This document shows positions 36,867 to 46,208 of a DNA stretch of 64,000 nt, piece after piece. The stretch is from assembly GCA_963801125.1 (NCBI GenBank), contig CAWDDL010000014.1, positions 1,209 to 65,208 on the forward strand, in the 5' to 3' direction. This stretch comes from an uncultured Actinomycetota bacterium. Lineage in GTDB: Bacteria > Actinomycetota > Actinomycetes > Propionibacteriales > Nocardioidaceae. Made by a program: the position numbers and the translations under genes. The stretch's first letter is position 1, and each line of letters begins with the position of its first letter. The notes under the pieces are model-generated. The model saw only the letters and a program-made list of their open reading frames with translations, ran no database searches and was not told the DNA's origin.

Positions 36867-37790
36867 GTGTCCCGACTTCACGCCGATGAGCTCCCCATCG
36901 ACGTTGCGCTTGTCCGACAGCTCGTTGATCGAGCCTTCCCTGAGTATGTCTGCGACGACCTCAGGCACATGAACGATTCTGGCTCCTCGAACGCGCTCTT
37001 CAGGCTCGGGAACGACAAACTGGTGCGGCTGCCGCGACAACCGGGCGGCGGTGCGAGCATCGACAAGGAGGCGTCCTGGTTGCCCTACGTGGCCTCCCGC
37101 GTGACTGTCGACGTGCCGGAGGTTGTCGGTGTCGGCGAGCCGGACTTGGACTACCCCGAACGCTGGGCGATCACCACGTGGCTCCATGGCACCCGCCCGT
37201 CACCCCCGCGCACCGTCCCACGGCACAACCAGGAGGGGCTTGCCGAAGACCTCGTTCAGTTCCTGACCGAACTGCGAGGCATGGAAGTCCCCGAGCTGGC
37301 CAAAGACGACAAGGCACTCTGCTGGTATCGGGGCCTGCCGCTTTCGGAGCTCGACGCTGACTTCCGCGAAACGGCTGTCGAGTGCCGAGGCCTCGAAATC
37401 GGCCTCGACATCGACGAAGCGCTCCGTGTTTGGGATCGGGCCGTGGACGCATCACGCGCCGTCGAGCCGGCTGACAGCTGGTATCACGGGGATCTCTTGG
37501 TCGAGAACCTGCTGCTGAATGACGCCGGCGGCTTGGCGGCGGTGATCGACTTCGGCGGCTTGGCTCTTGGCAACCCGACGGTCGACCTGGTGGTCGCCTG
37601 GGAGGCCTTGGACGAAGAGGCGCGGCGAGTTTTCCGACGAGCACTGGGTGTCGACGATGTCACTTGGACAGCCTCGCGAGGCTGGGCCCTGCTCATTGCC
37701 ATGATCACGGTCCCGTACTACGGCGCGTCCATGCCTGTGCGCTGCGCCGACCGACTGGCGATGGCGGAAGCAGCGATCAGGGGCACCTGA
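36867..37790 (+). CDS. Aminoglycoside/choline-kinase-type phosphotransferase (APH family)
   Basis: GTG 36867 has GAGGA 7 nt upstream. The kinase motifs are WYHGDLLVENLLL and VIDFGGLALGNPTVDL. Confidence 0.8.
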   Translation: MSRLHADELPIDVALVRQLVDRAFPEYVCDDLRHMNDSGSSNALFRLGNDKLVRLPRQPGGGASIDKEASWLPYVASRVTVDVPEVVGVGEPDLDYPERWAITTWLHGTRPSPPRTVPRHNQEGLAEDLVQFLTELRGMEVPELAKDDKALCWYRGLPLSELDADFRETAVECRGLEIGLDIDEALRVWDRAVDASRAVEPADSWYHGDLLVENLLLNDAGGLAAVIDFGGLALGNPTVDLVVAWEALDEEARRVFRRALGVDDVTWTASRGWALLIAMITVPYYGASMPVRCADRLAMAEAAIRGT

Positions 37791-37920
37791 CCCTCTTTCA
37801 TGTCCCGAGTCGCGCGGTCACGTGGGTGCGTCTTGCCGCCGCCAGTCGCGCTCGTCTACGGCCTAGCGTCAGGCAAGGTGCCTCGACGTGCGCGCGGCCA
37901 TCCGCCGCTGAGGCCTGCTC

Positions 37921-37955
37921 GCCAGATCGCCAGATCGCCAGATCGCCAGATCGCC
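37921..37955. repeat. Tandem repeat (GCCAGATC) x4.4
   Basis: Read directly from the sequence. It lies just 5' of the integrase remnant in a stretch with no supported ORF. Confidence 0.95.
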
Positions 37956-38004
37956 GGGAGCATGCAAATGTCGAACACCATCCTGCCGCCGCTCCAGCGA
38001 GGGA

Positions 38005-38300
38005 GACTTCGGCCCAGTTGGCGGCCGTCTCCTGCCTGGCCCCGTACTCCGGCCACACCCACCAGCTGTACGCCCACCAGCTTCGCCGCTGGTTCGCCTG
38101 GTGCGAGACGAATCGGCTCGATCCACAGCCCGAACTCACTGCGCCACGCCGCGATCACCAACGCCCACGACGCCGGCGTCCCGCTACGCGACGCTCAGAT
38201 CCTCGCCCGGCACGCCGACCCCCGCACCACCGAGCACAACGACCGCCCCCGCGGCAACCTCGACCGCCACGGCGTCCACTTCCTCACCGACCTGTATGCC
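38005..38300 (+). pseudogene. Internally deleted tyrosine recombinase remnant (N-terminal SAM-like piece fused out of frame to the C-terminal catalytic tail)
   Basis: Frame of ORF 37664..38545 reads LAPYSGHTHQLYAHQLRRWFAWCETNRLDP. Frame of ORF 37800..38597 reads NSLRHAAITNAHDAGVPLRDAQILARHADPRTTEHNDRPRGNLDRHGVHFL. The junction is near 38125-38135. The approximately 200 aa that normally lie between these pieces are absent. Confidence 0.7.
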
Positions 38301-38610
38301 ACGGACAAACCCCGCAAGCGGTCTTCGCCTTCTATCGCGACCACCTCGGTGACGGGTGGATTGAGAACCGCAACGCTGGTGTGCGGTGGACCGAATGGGC
38401 AGCTGCGGACGCCTGGGGGTCCGCCGACTACCTCTTCCAGGTCGGCATCGAGAATGCCGACTACCGTCACCGGGATGCGGCCGCCATCCCGCGGGCGGCG
38501 AGGAAGCGGACTCTTTTCGCGCTGTCGCTGCAGGTCCGGAACTAACGGGCAGCACCGAGAAAGCCAGACCGACCCACGTCTTTTCGCGGCGAGCTGACCG
38601 GCCCCGGCGT

Positions 38611-38904
38611 TCACCTACCGACTACCGTGCGCTGAAGTTCAGGCGCGGTGGCTCCGCATCGCATCCATCTGAGCCGCGCGCAGGAGTCCGTGGGCGGGAG
38701 GAGGCAACTCCTGGAGCCCGTCGCTATCCGCACGCCAAGTTCTTCGTTCAGTTCCCGCGTGAGCGCGCCCAGTTCTGACTCGCCAGCCTCAATGAGTCCA
38801 CCGGGCAAATCCCACACCTCGGGGCACGCGCGTTTGTTCGGATTCCGATGCACGAGTAGCACTCGACCTTCACGAACCAGCGCGCCGACAACGACCCTAT
38901 GCAT
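38611..38904 (-). CDS. NUDIX hydrolase, short and possibly C-terminally frameshifted
   Basis: The Nudix box is GGLIEAGESELGALTRELNEELGV. I chose the start MHRVVVGALV. The last roughly 35 aa (TGSRSCLLPPTDSCARLRWMRCG…) do not look Nudix-like. Confidence 0.5.
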   Translation of the reverse strand: MHRVVVGALVREGRVLLVHRNPNKRACPEVWDLPGGLIEAGESELGALTRELNEELGVRIATGSRSCLLPPTDSCARLRWMRCGATAPELQRTVVGR

Positions 38905-39112
38905 TCGCGGATCAAAGCATGGACCTCCGACAAGCGAACGTCCCCACATCCCCCCGGACGGGGGCCGTCAAGCCCAACGGGGTGCGGTCGTCCTTGGCTC
39001 CTGCGGCGGAGTTGTCGGATTGGGCATCGGCCTACGGACACACGTGCCGACTGCCTGGGCCGCGGCCATCGAGGTGGGACCTCCGGCAGCGATTCTCGGA
39101 GCCGCGCTCGGC

Positions 39113-39844
39113 TCATGAACCCTGCGAAGAATCCTGACACGACAGTTTGTCCAGGTCGCGCTTGCAGAACCCATGGTGGGCCCATTCCTCGTTGAGCACC
39201 GTGCCGAGGCATTGCCGCACTGTCCGCCCCTTGGCGTACGGGGGCCACCTGTCGTCGTCGGGCACCGGCGCGGATCGCGCGAGCCGATCAGGCGTGACCT
39301 CGGCCAGCCATGTCTCGATCTCCGAAGCCTGCCGGACTCGTACGGCGAGCACCTCGTCGAGACTCGGTTGGGCGGACGGGTCGAGCCCGATCTCCTCCTG
39401 GTCCATGACGAACGTTGGACCCAGTCCCATGGCCGTGAACGGCTCCGTGAGCCCGAGCACGCAGCGTCGGAACCAAGAGTCGTGCACGAAGACCAGGTGA
39501 CGCAGGGTGTCGACCATCGACCACTCGCCGTCGACGCCGTGATGTTCGCTGTTTTCGGGCATGGACCGAACCCGAACGGTGGTCGTCGCCCAGTCGTCCC
39601 GCAGTTGCCGCCAGGCCTCTCGCAGGTCGCCCGGCACATCGGAGCGGATCAGCAGCCGTACCGGGTGACGGCGGTCGAGCTCCGCCTCGACGTATGACAT
39701 CACCTCGACCCCGTTGACCACGAGATTGGTGACCAGTCCGTCGATCTCGGCGTCCTGCATGACCACCCCGACCATCCGTGCTCCACTCAGGTCGCATTCG
39801 CGGAACTGTGCACCGGTGAGGTCTTCGTCGTCGAAGCGTCGCAT
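39113..39844 (-). CDS. DinB-family protein with N-terminal pentapeptide-repeat-like segment
   Basis: 243 aa (DLTGAQFRECDLSGARMVGVVMQDAEI; VDTLRHLVFVHDSWF; NEEWAHHGF). Confidence 0.6.
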   Translation of the reverse strand: MRRFDDEDLTGAQFRECDLSGARMVGVVMQDAEIDGLVTNLVVNGVEVMSYVEAELDRRHPVRLLIRSDVPGDLREAWRQLRDDWATTTVRVRSMPENSEHHGVDGEWSMVDTLRHLVFVHDSWFRRCVLGLTEPFTAMGLGPTFVMDQEEIGLDPSAQPSLDEVLAVRVRQASEIETWLAEVTPDRLARSAPVPDDDRWPPYAKGRTVRQCLGTVLNEEWAHHGFCKRDLDKLSCQDSSQGS

Positions 39845-39988
39845 GAAGGCAGGCTAGGCCGCACCGCAGACACCGCGACCTGATCTGGCGCCGACCGAGC
39901 GATCTTCGTGGTGAGACTTTGCGCCGCATGATCGCCTTCGCCCTTCCCGGACACCGGCGGCGACCCCGCCTACGCGCCGTGAGCCGGT

Positions 39989-41095
39989 TCAGGTGCGACG
40001 CGCCTGCCAGGTGACGCACAGCCACCAGAGATCGACGGCCTGGAAGGGGTCGCGGGGGTCGAGGCCGGTCGCGCTGGTGAGGGCGGCGACGCGGTTGCGC
40101 ACCGTGTTGGCGTGGACGTACTCGCGCTCCGCGGCACGCTCGGCGTCGCAGCGGCACTCGAGCCAGGCGCGCACGGTGGCCACGGTGTGGTCGGCGACCC
40201 GACCGAGGCCGTCGATCGCCGGCGCGTGGCGCTCGACGAGCAGGGCGGCCAGGTCGCCCCGGTCCTGCTGGGCGGCGAGGGTGGCGACCGCGGCCACGTC
40301 GACGCAGCCGGTGCGCCCGTGCGTCTGCGCGGCCCGCGCTGCCGCGGCGGCCTGTCGACGCAAGGTCACGATGTCCTCCGGCGTGCCCGGCCCGGCGACG
40401 CCGACGGGTCCGGCGGCCGTGGCGAGCCCGACCGGCACGCGGGGTACGACGGCGACGACCTCGGCACCGGTGTCGGCGACGACCCCAGCGCCGGTGCGAC
40501 GGACGGCGCGCGTGACGCCGGCCCGGTCGGGGTGGGGTGAGACCAGCACCTGCAGGCCGGTGGCGGGCAGCCCCGCCGCGGCGGCCGCGAGCGAGGCCGC
40601 GGACCCGCCCTGGAGCAGTCGTCGGACGGCGTCGGCGTGGGCGTCGGCCGCACGTCCGGTCAGCTCGGCGGATCCGTGGGCCTGGAGCAACCTCGCCCGC
40701 ACCTGCTGCGCCCAGTCGTCGTAGAGCTCGCGGGCGTCGAGGACCAGCGCCGGGTCGACTCCCGTCTCGGCGGCCGCGATCTTGGCCCGCGCCCAGATCC
40801 GACGCTCGGCGACATGGATGGCGGAGAGCACGGCGTGGATCGGGACCCCCTGACGAGCCCGGGTGACGGCGAGGTCCTCCACGAAGGAGAGCTCGGCCTC
40901 CGTCGGCCCGCGCCGGGAGGCGATCGATCGGGTGGCGGCCGCCAGCAGGGCGCGGGTGTGCCGGGCGACGTCGGAGGCCTCGAGGCCGGAGACCTCCCGG
41001 ATCGACGCCCGCACCTCCTCGACCACGTCGTCCAGCAGGTCGGGAGCGGCGACGACCCGCTCGATGAGGTTGGCGATCTGATCCCACTCGGACAC
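39989..41095 (-). CDS. PucR-family transcriptional regulator (start uncertain: GTG 41095 or TTG 41125)
   Basis: The C-terminal PucR-type HTH reads AERAAEREYVHANTVRNRVAALTSATGLD. It is divergent from the ThDP-enzyme operon. Confidence 0.75.
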   Translation of the reverse strand: MSEWDQIANLIERVVAAPDLLDDVVEEVRASIREVSGLEASDVARHTRALLAAATRSIASRRGPTEAELSFVEDLAVTRARQGVPIHAVLSAIHVAERRIWARAKIAAAETGVDPALVLDARELYDDWAQQVRARLLQAHGSAELTGRAADAHADAVRRLLQGGSAASLAAAAAGLPATGLQVLVSPHPDRAGVTRAVRRTGAGVVADTGAEVVAVVPRVPVGLATAAGPVGVAGPGTPEDIVTLRRQAAAAARAAQTHGRTGCVDVAAVATLAAQQDRGDLAALLVERHAPAIDGLGRVADHTVATVRAWLECRCDAERAAEREYVHANTVRNRVAALTSATGLDPRDPFQAVDLWWLCVTWQARRT

Positions 41096-41211
41096 CGGCC
41101 CAGTCTGGATTGTGGCGGGCCACAACGGAAGGGGGCATTCTGGGCCGATCCACAGGACATGGACGGTGCCCGACTCCTACGTTGGTGGGAACAGCCACAA
41201 CAGGAGGATCC

Positions 41212-42978
41212 ATGGCCAAGGGCCTGACCGGCGGGCAGCTGATCGCGAAGATGCTCGCAGCTGAAGGTGTCGACCACCTGTTCGGCATCATCGACGGCAC
41301 CTACTTCGGTCTCTACCGGGCGCTGGCCGACGAGGGCATCACCCTGCACTCGCCACGGCACGAGTCGGCCGCTGCGCACATGGCCGGCGCCTACGCGCGG
41401 GTCAGCGGGCGTCTCGGCGTGTGCATGGCCTCCAACGGGCCGGGCGTCGCCAACGTGCTGCCCGGGGTCGCGGTCGAGCAGGGCGAGGGCAACCGCATCC
41501 TGCTGATCACCAGCGGACGGCGTGTCGGCATCACCCACCCCGACCGCGGTGGCACCTACCAGAACTTCGACCAGACCGCGGTCACCGCGCCGATGACGAA
41601 GTGGTCGTGCCACGTGCCGAGCGCCGACCGCATCCCCGAGATCGTGCGACGAGCGCTGCGGGTGAGCTTCAGCGGCCGGCCGGGGGTGGTGCACGTCGAC
41701 GTCCCCGAGAACATCATCAACCAGCCGACCGGCCTCGAGGCCGACGCCGTGCGGGCGCCGGAGTCCTACCGGCGTACGACGCCCCTGCAGCCCGACCCGG
41801 TGCTCGTCGAGCGAGCCGCGCAGCTGCTCGTCGACGCCGAGTGCCCGATGATCCACGTCGGCTCCGGGGTCTACCACGCCGGCGCGGAGGAGCAGCTGGC
41901 CCGCCTGGCAGGTCTGCTCGCCGCACCGGTGACGACCAGCTGGGCGGCCCGCGGCGCGCTGTCGGAGACCCGGCCGGAGGCCATCCCGATGACCGCGCTG
42001 GCCGTCAACGACGAGGTGCGCAACGCCGCCGACGTCGCGTTGGTCGTCGGGAGCAGGCTGGGCGAGACCGACTGGTGGGGCAAGGCGCCCAACTGGGCGC
42101 CGCCGGCGGGCCAGAAGACGATCCAGGTCGACGTCGACGACGAGCGGCTCGGCGTCAACAAGCCGGTCAGCGTGGCGATCCTGGCCGACGCCCACGAGGC
42201 ACTCCGGGCCCTGGCCGACGCCGTGGAGCGGCTGGCGGTCCCCGGGCTGGCCGCGCGCCGCAGCCGGCTCGAGGGGTACCGCGGCAAGGTGGCCGCCGAG
42301 CGGGCCAAGCGCGCCAAGGCGCTCGAACCGGGGGCTCCGGTGCATCCCGGTCATGTGCCGACGGTGGCGCAGCAGGTGATGCCCGAGGACACCGTCTGGG
42401 TCTTCGACGGCGGCAACACGGTCGTGTGGTCCAACTTCTACCACTCCGCCGACGTGCCCCGGACGATCCTGTCGACGTACAAGTTCGGCATGCTCGGGGC
42501 GGGCATGGGTCAGGCCCTCGGGGCGGCCGTCGCCGCGCCCGACCAGCGGGTCTGCGTGCTCATCGGGGACGGCGCCTTCGGCATGCACCCCACCGAGGTC
42601 GAGAGCGCGGTGCGCCTGGGCCTGCCCGTCGTCTTCGTGGTCCTGGTCGACGGTGCGTGGGGGATGGTGAAGATGAGCCAGCAGATCCAGGCCCACCCGG
42701 TCGCGACGGTGGCGCGCAAGAAGCTGGCCAACGCCAACCTGCCACCCGACCAGATCGTGTACGCCGACTTCGCGCCCTGCCGCTACGACCTGATGGGCGA
42801 GGCGATGGGAGCCCACGCCGAGCTGGTCACCGACTCGGCCGAGCTTCAGGGTGCCCTGGAGCGGGCGCGCGACTGCGGCCGGGCCGCCGTCGTGCAGGTA
42901 CACGTCGACCAGGTCGAGCACCTGTGGGCGCCGGGTCTGCAGTCGTTCAAGAAGATGCACCAGGAGCCGAAGGGCTGA
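41212..42978 (+). CDS. Thiamine-diphosphate-dependent enzyme (acetolactate-synthase/sulfoacetaldehyde-acetyltransferase-like fold)
   Basis: ATG 41212 follows AGGAGGA. The N-terminal PYR domain reads GVDHLFGIIDGTYF...RHESAAAHMAGAYARVSG. The ThDP motif reads IGDGAFGMHPTEVESAVRLGLPVVFVVLVDGAWG. Confidence 0.8.
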   Translation: MAKGLTGGQLIAKMLAAEGVDHLFGIIDGTYFGLYRALADEGITLHSPRHESAAAHMAGAYARVSGRLGVCMASNGPGVANVLPGVAVEQGEGNRILLITSGRRVGITHPDRGGTYQNFDQTAVTAPMTKWSCHVPSADRIPEIVRRALRVSFSGRPGVVHVDVPENIINQPTGLEADAVRAPESYRRTTPLQPDPVLVERAAQLLVDAECPMIHVGSGVYHAGAEEQLARLAGLLAAPVTTSWAARGALSETRPEAIPMTALAVNDEVRNAADVALVVGSRLGETDWWGKAPNWAPPAGQKTIQVDVDDERLGVNKPVSVAILADAHEALRALADAVERLAVPGLAARRSRLEGYRGKVAAERAKRAKALEPGAPVHPGHVPTVAQQVMPEDTVWVFDGGNTVVWSNFYHSADVPRTILSTYKFGMLGAGMGQALGAAVAAPDQRVCVLIGDGAFGMHPTEVESAVRLGLPVVFVVLVDGAWGMVKMSQQIQAHPVATVARKKLANANLPPDQIVYADFAPCRYDLMGEAMGAHAELVTDSAELQGALERARDCGRAAVVQVHVDQVEHLWAPGLQSFKKMHQEPKG

Positions 42979-42984
42979 GCTGCG

Positions 42985-43935
42985 ATGACCGTCCTCCTCA
43001 CCGGTGGCACCGGCTACCTCGGGTCCCTCGTCGTCCGGCGCCTGGCCGACCGGGGGATCACCGCCGTGTCGGTCGACGTGCGCGAGGCGACTGACCCCGT
43101 TCCCGGGGTCACCTACGTGACCGGGGACCTGCGCGACCTCGACCTGGTCGACGTGGTGCGCGAGCACGAGGCCGACTCGGTCGTGCACCTGGCCGCGATC
43201 GTCGAACCCCCGAAGGGGATGAGCGAGGCCGAGCTCGAGGACATCGAGGTCGGTGGCACCCAGCGCGTCGTCGACGCCTGCGTGACCGCGGGGGTCGGGC
43301 ACCTGACGGTGACCAGCTCGGGTGCGGCGTACGGCTACCACTCCCGCAACGACGGCCGGCTGCTCACCGAGGACCAGCCGGTCACCGGCAGCGACGCCTT
43401 CGCCTACTCCCGGCACAAGGCCGCGGTCGAGGCGTTGCTCGCCCGGGCCCGGCGGCTGCACCCGGCGCTGGGGCAGCTGGTGCTGAGGCCGGGGACGATC
43501 CTGGGCGCGGACACCGACAACCAGATCACCGCGCTCTTCACCGGGCGGGTGGTGATGACGCTGGCCGGGACCGACGGGCCGTTCACGTTCATCTGGGACC
43601 AGGACGTCGCCGAAATCGTCGTCTCCGGGGTGCTGGCCCGGCGCACCGGCGTCTACAACCTCGCCGGCGACGGGGTGCTGACGCTGCGCGACATCGCCGC
43701 GGTGGAGGGCTCCCGGCTGGTGGTGGTGCCGGCGGCCGTCGTGCGGGCCGCGCTGGCGGTGATGAAGAGGCTCGGGATCGGCCGCTACGGTCCGGAGCAG
43801 GTCGAGTTCCTCCTGCACCGGCCGGTCCTCGACAACACCCGGCTGCGGCGCGACTTCCCCGGACTACCGACCCGGACGACGCGGGAGACCTACGAGATCT
43901 TCCGGCAGGGCCGGCTCGGCAGGGGGCAGGCGTGA
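42985..43935 (+). CDS. NAD-dependent epimerase/dehydratase-family protein (extended SDR)
   Basis: 316 aa (MTVLLTGGTGYLGS...YSRHKAAVE). Confidence 0.8.
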   Translation: MTVLLTGGTGYLGSLVVRRLADRGITAVSVDVREATDPVPGVTYVTGDLRDLDLVDVVREHEADSVVHLAAIVEPPKGMSEAELEDIEVGGTQRVVDACVTAGVGHLTVTSSGAAYGYHSRNDGRLLTEDQPVTGSDAFAYSRHKAAVEALLARARRLHPALGQLVLRPGTILGADTDNQITALFTGRVVMTLAGTDGPFTFIWDQDVAEIVVSGVLARRTGVYNLAGDGVLTLRDIAAVEGSRLVVVPAAVVRAALAVMKRLGIGRYGPEQVEFLLHRPVLDNTRLRRDFPGLPTRTTRETYEIFRQGRLGRGQA

Positions 43936-44675
43936 CGACCGGGTCGACGCGCCGGGTGGCGGTGGTCACCGGGGCCAGCGGCCAGATCGGCCGCCACGTG
44001 GTCGACCTGCTGGTCGGGCGCGGGTACGACGTACGCGGTCTCGACCTGACGCCCGGGCCACACACGCAGGTCTGCGACCTCGCCGACGAGCGGGCCGTCC
44101 GGGCGAGCCTCGCAGACCTGCCGCGGCTCGACCTGCTGGTGCTCTGTGCCGGGTTGTCGGCGATCGGCACCATCGACGACCACGACGTGGCGACACATCG
44201 GCGGGTCATGGACGGCACCCACTTCTCCGCCCTGACCCCGTTGCTGGCCACGCTGCCTGCGCTGCGTCGCGCTCGGGGCCGGGTGCTGCTGGTGGGATCG
44301 GTGGCCGGCTTCGCGCCGGTGCTCGGGCGGCCGGCGTACGTCGCGGCGAAGCACGCGGTCACCGGGCTGTTCACCGCCCTGCGTCCCGAGCTCGCCGCTC
44401 AGGGGGTGGGGGTCACGATCGTCCACCCGACCTTCGTCACCGGCGGCATGGGGGTGGCCGACCCGGCGGGACGTGGGGGCCGCACGACCACCGGGGAGGA
44501 GATCACGCCCGAGCAGGCGGCGCGGGCCATCGTCGAGGCAGCCCACGCACGTCGAGACGTGGTGCTCGTGGGCCGCACGGCGCGACTGGCCTGGACGGCG
44601 AGTCGTCACGCCCCGAGGATCTACACCAGGCTGATGACCCGTCGGCTGCGCGCCCGGACAGGAGAGAGCCCATGA
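43932..44675 (+). CDS. Short-chain dehydrogenase/reductase (classical SDR)
   Basis: 247 aa (VAVVTGASGQIGRH...VGSVAGFAPVLGRPAYVAAKHAV). GTGA and ATGA overlaps join it to its neighbours. Confidence 0.8.
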   Translation: MTTGSTRRVAVVTGASGQIGRHVVDLLVGRGYDVRGLDLTPGPHTQVCDLADERAVRASLADLPRLDLLVLCAGLSAIGTIDDHDVATHRRVMDGTHFSALTPLLATLPALRRARGRVLLVGSVAGFAPVLGRPAYVAAKHAVTGLFTALRPELAAQGVGVTIVHPTFVTGGMGVADPAGRGGRTTTGEEITPEQAARAIVEAAHARRDVVLVGRTARLAWTASRHAPRIYTRLMTRRLRARTGESP

Positions 44676-45610
44676 GCGCCCTGATGCTTCCGCTGGTGGC
44701 CGGCAACGTCGACGACATCAAGATCGCCTTCGACGAGAGCTCCCGGATGCTGCTGCGCGTCATCATCGCCGGCATCCTGTTCGGGATCGCCCTCGACACC
44801 ACCCTCGACGACTTCAGGCGAGCCGCCCGGCGGCCGAAGGCGATCGCCGTCGGTGTGGGGGCGCAGTTCCTGATCCTGCCTGCGATCACGTTCCTGCTCA
44901 CGTTGCTGCTCGGGGTGCGCGGGTCGGTCGCGCTCGGCATGATCCTGGTCGCGTGCTGCCCGCCCGGCAACGTCTCCAACATCGTCACCCACCAGTCGCG
45001 TGGCGACGTGGCCCTGTCGGTGTCGATGACGGCGGTGAGCAACCTGCTCGCGATCGTGCTGATGCCGCTCAACTTCGCGTTCTGGGGCAACCTGCACCCC
45101 ACCGGTGGCCCGATGATGCGCTCCATCAATCTCGACGTGCTCGACATGCTGGTCGAGGTGCTGGTCGTCATCGGGCTGCCCTTCGTGCTCGGCATCGCGG
45201 CCGCCCACTTCTGGCCCCGGGTCGCGTCCCGCTCGGGCAAGATCGTCGGCCCGCTGGCCTTCGCTGCCCTGGGCGTGCTGATCCTGCTGGCGCTGGTGAA
45301 GAACCTCGACCTCTTCATCTCCTGGATCGGCGTGGTCGCGATCGCGGTCTTCCTCCACGACGCGCTGGCCCTCGGCCTCGGCTACGCCATCGCCCGTGCG
45401 TTCCGGTTGCCGACCGATTCCACCAAGGCGATGACCTTCGAGGTCGGTGTGCGCAACGCGGGCCTGGGCCTGCTGCTGGTCTTCAGCTTCTTCGACGGCC
45501 TCGGCGGGATGGCGCTGGTCGCGGCCTGGTGGGGCATCTGGGACATCATCGCCGCCCTGGCCGTCGCCCGGGTCTGGCGCGCCCGCACCCGTACGCCGGT
45601 GGCCGCCTGA
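44672..45610 (+). CDS. Bile acid:sodium symporter (BASS)-family transporter
   Basis: 312 aa polytopic membrane protein (…ILVACCPPGNVSNIVT…FEVGVRNAGLGLLL…). Confidence 0.75.
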   Translation: MSALMLPLVAGNVDDIKIAFDESSRMLLRVIIAGILFGIALDTTLDDFRRAARRPKAIAVGVGAQFLILPAITFLLTLLLGVRGSVALGMILVACCPPGNVSNIVTHQSRGDVALSVSMTAVSNLLAIVLMPLNFAFWGNLHPTGGPMMRSINLDVLDMLVEVLVVIGLPFVLGIAAAHFWPRVASRSGKIVGPLAFAALGVLILLALVKNLDLFISWIGVVAIAVFLHDALALGLGYAIARAFRLPTDSTKAMTFEVGVRNAGLGLLLVFSFFDGLGGMALVAAWWGIWDIIAALAVARVWRARTRTPVAA

Positions 45611-45663
45611 GCTCTCAGCGACCCGAACGGGCCCTGCATGACACCTGGGTGCGTCCTATCGCC

Positions 45664-46205
45664 GCGACTTCGCACCTGGGCTCGTGCCGGTCCTGACGTC
45701 CTTCCAGGGCGCTGGACTCGCGTTCTACCCTGGGCAGATGTTCGACCTGGCCGGCATCGACGTTGAGGAGATCGCCACCGCGCTCGCGGATCAGACCGAC
45801 TACGAACACCGTTGGCTGCTCGACCCGCGAACGGGCCAGGTGGCGTTCTGGACCAGCGACACAGGCATCGACGGTGAGAACCCCGTCGAGATCGACGATC
45901 TGGACCTCATTCCCATCGACCCGATCCCGTCGTACGTCTGGTACCAGGACATGGCCGACTTCGCTGAGGGCATCAGTGACGACGCGGCCGGCCGACGCCT
46001 GGCCAGGGCGCTTCAGGGACGGGGAGCGTTCCGACGGTTCAAGAACGAGCTCTACGAGCACCACCCCGAGCTCATCTCTGCCTGGCACGCTCTGCGTGAT
46101 GTTCGAGCCCAGCGCCGCGCCGTCGAATGGCTCCTCGCCCATGGCCTCATCGACGACGCCGCCGCTCAACAGTTCGCGGCCGACAACCCAGACCCCGCTC
46201 TGCCC
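45664..46205 (+). repeat. Direct repeat copy 2 (UPF0158 gene plus upstream sequence)
   Basis: See copy 1. The offset between copies is about 17,123-17,124 nt. Confidence 0.9.
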
Positions 46206-46208
46206 TGA
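45738..46208 (+). CDS. UPF0158-family protein, copy 2
   Basis: 156 aa from ATG 45738. The first 124 aa are identical to copy 1 and the C-terminal 30 aa are diverged. Confidence 0.75.
   Translation: MFDLAGIDVEEIATALADQTDYEHRWLLDPRTGQVAFWTSDTGIDGENPVEIDDLDLIPIDPIPSYVWYQDMADFAEGISDDAAGRRLARALQGRGAFRRFKNELYEHHPELISAWHALRDVRAQRRAVEWLLAHGLIDDAAAQQFAADNPDPALP

Noticed and set aside
37921-37955. Tandem GCCAGATC repeats, considered as a possible CRISPR or other array
   Set aside because: The period is only 8 bp with no spacers, so this is a simple microsatellite-like tandem repeat. No cas genes are nearby.
40660-43818. 1052-aa minus-strand ORF antisense to the ThDP-enzyme and epimerase genes
   Set aside because: It has R/G/P/H/D-rich composition with no motifs. 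The plus-strand genes have an RBS, conserved cofactor motifs and operon coupling.
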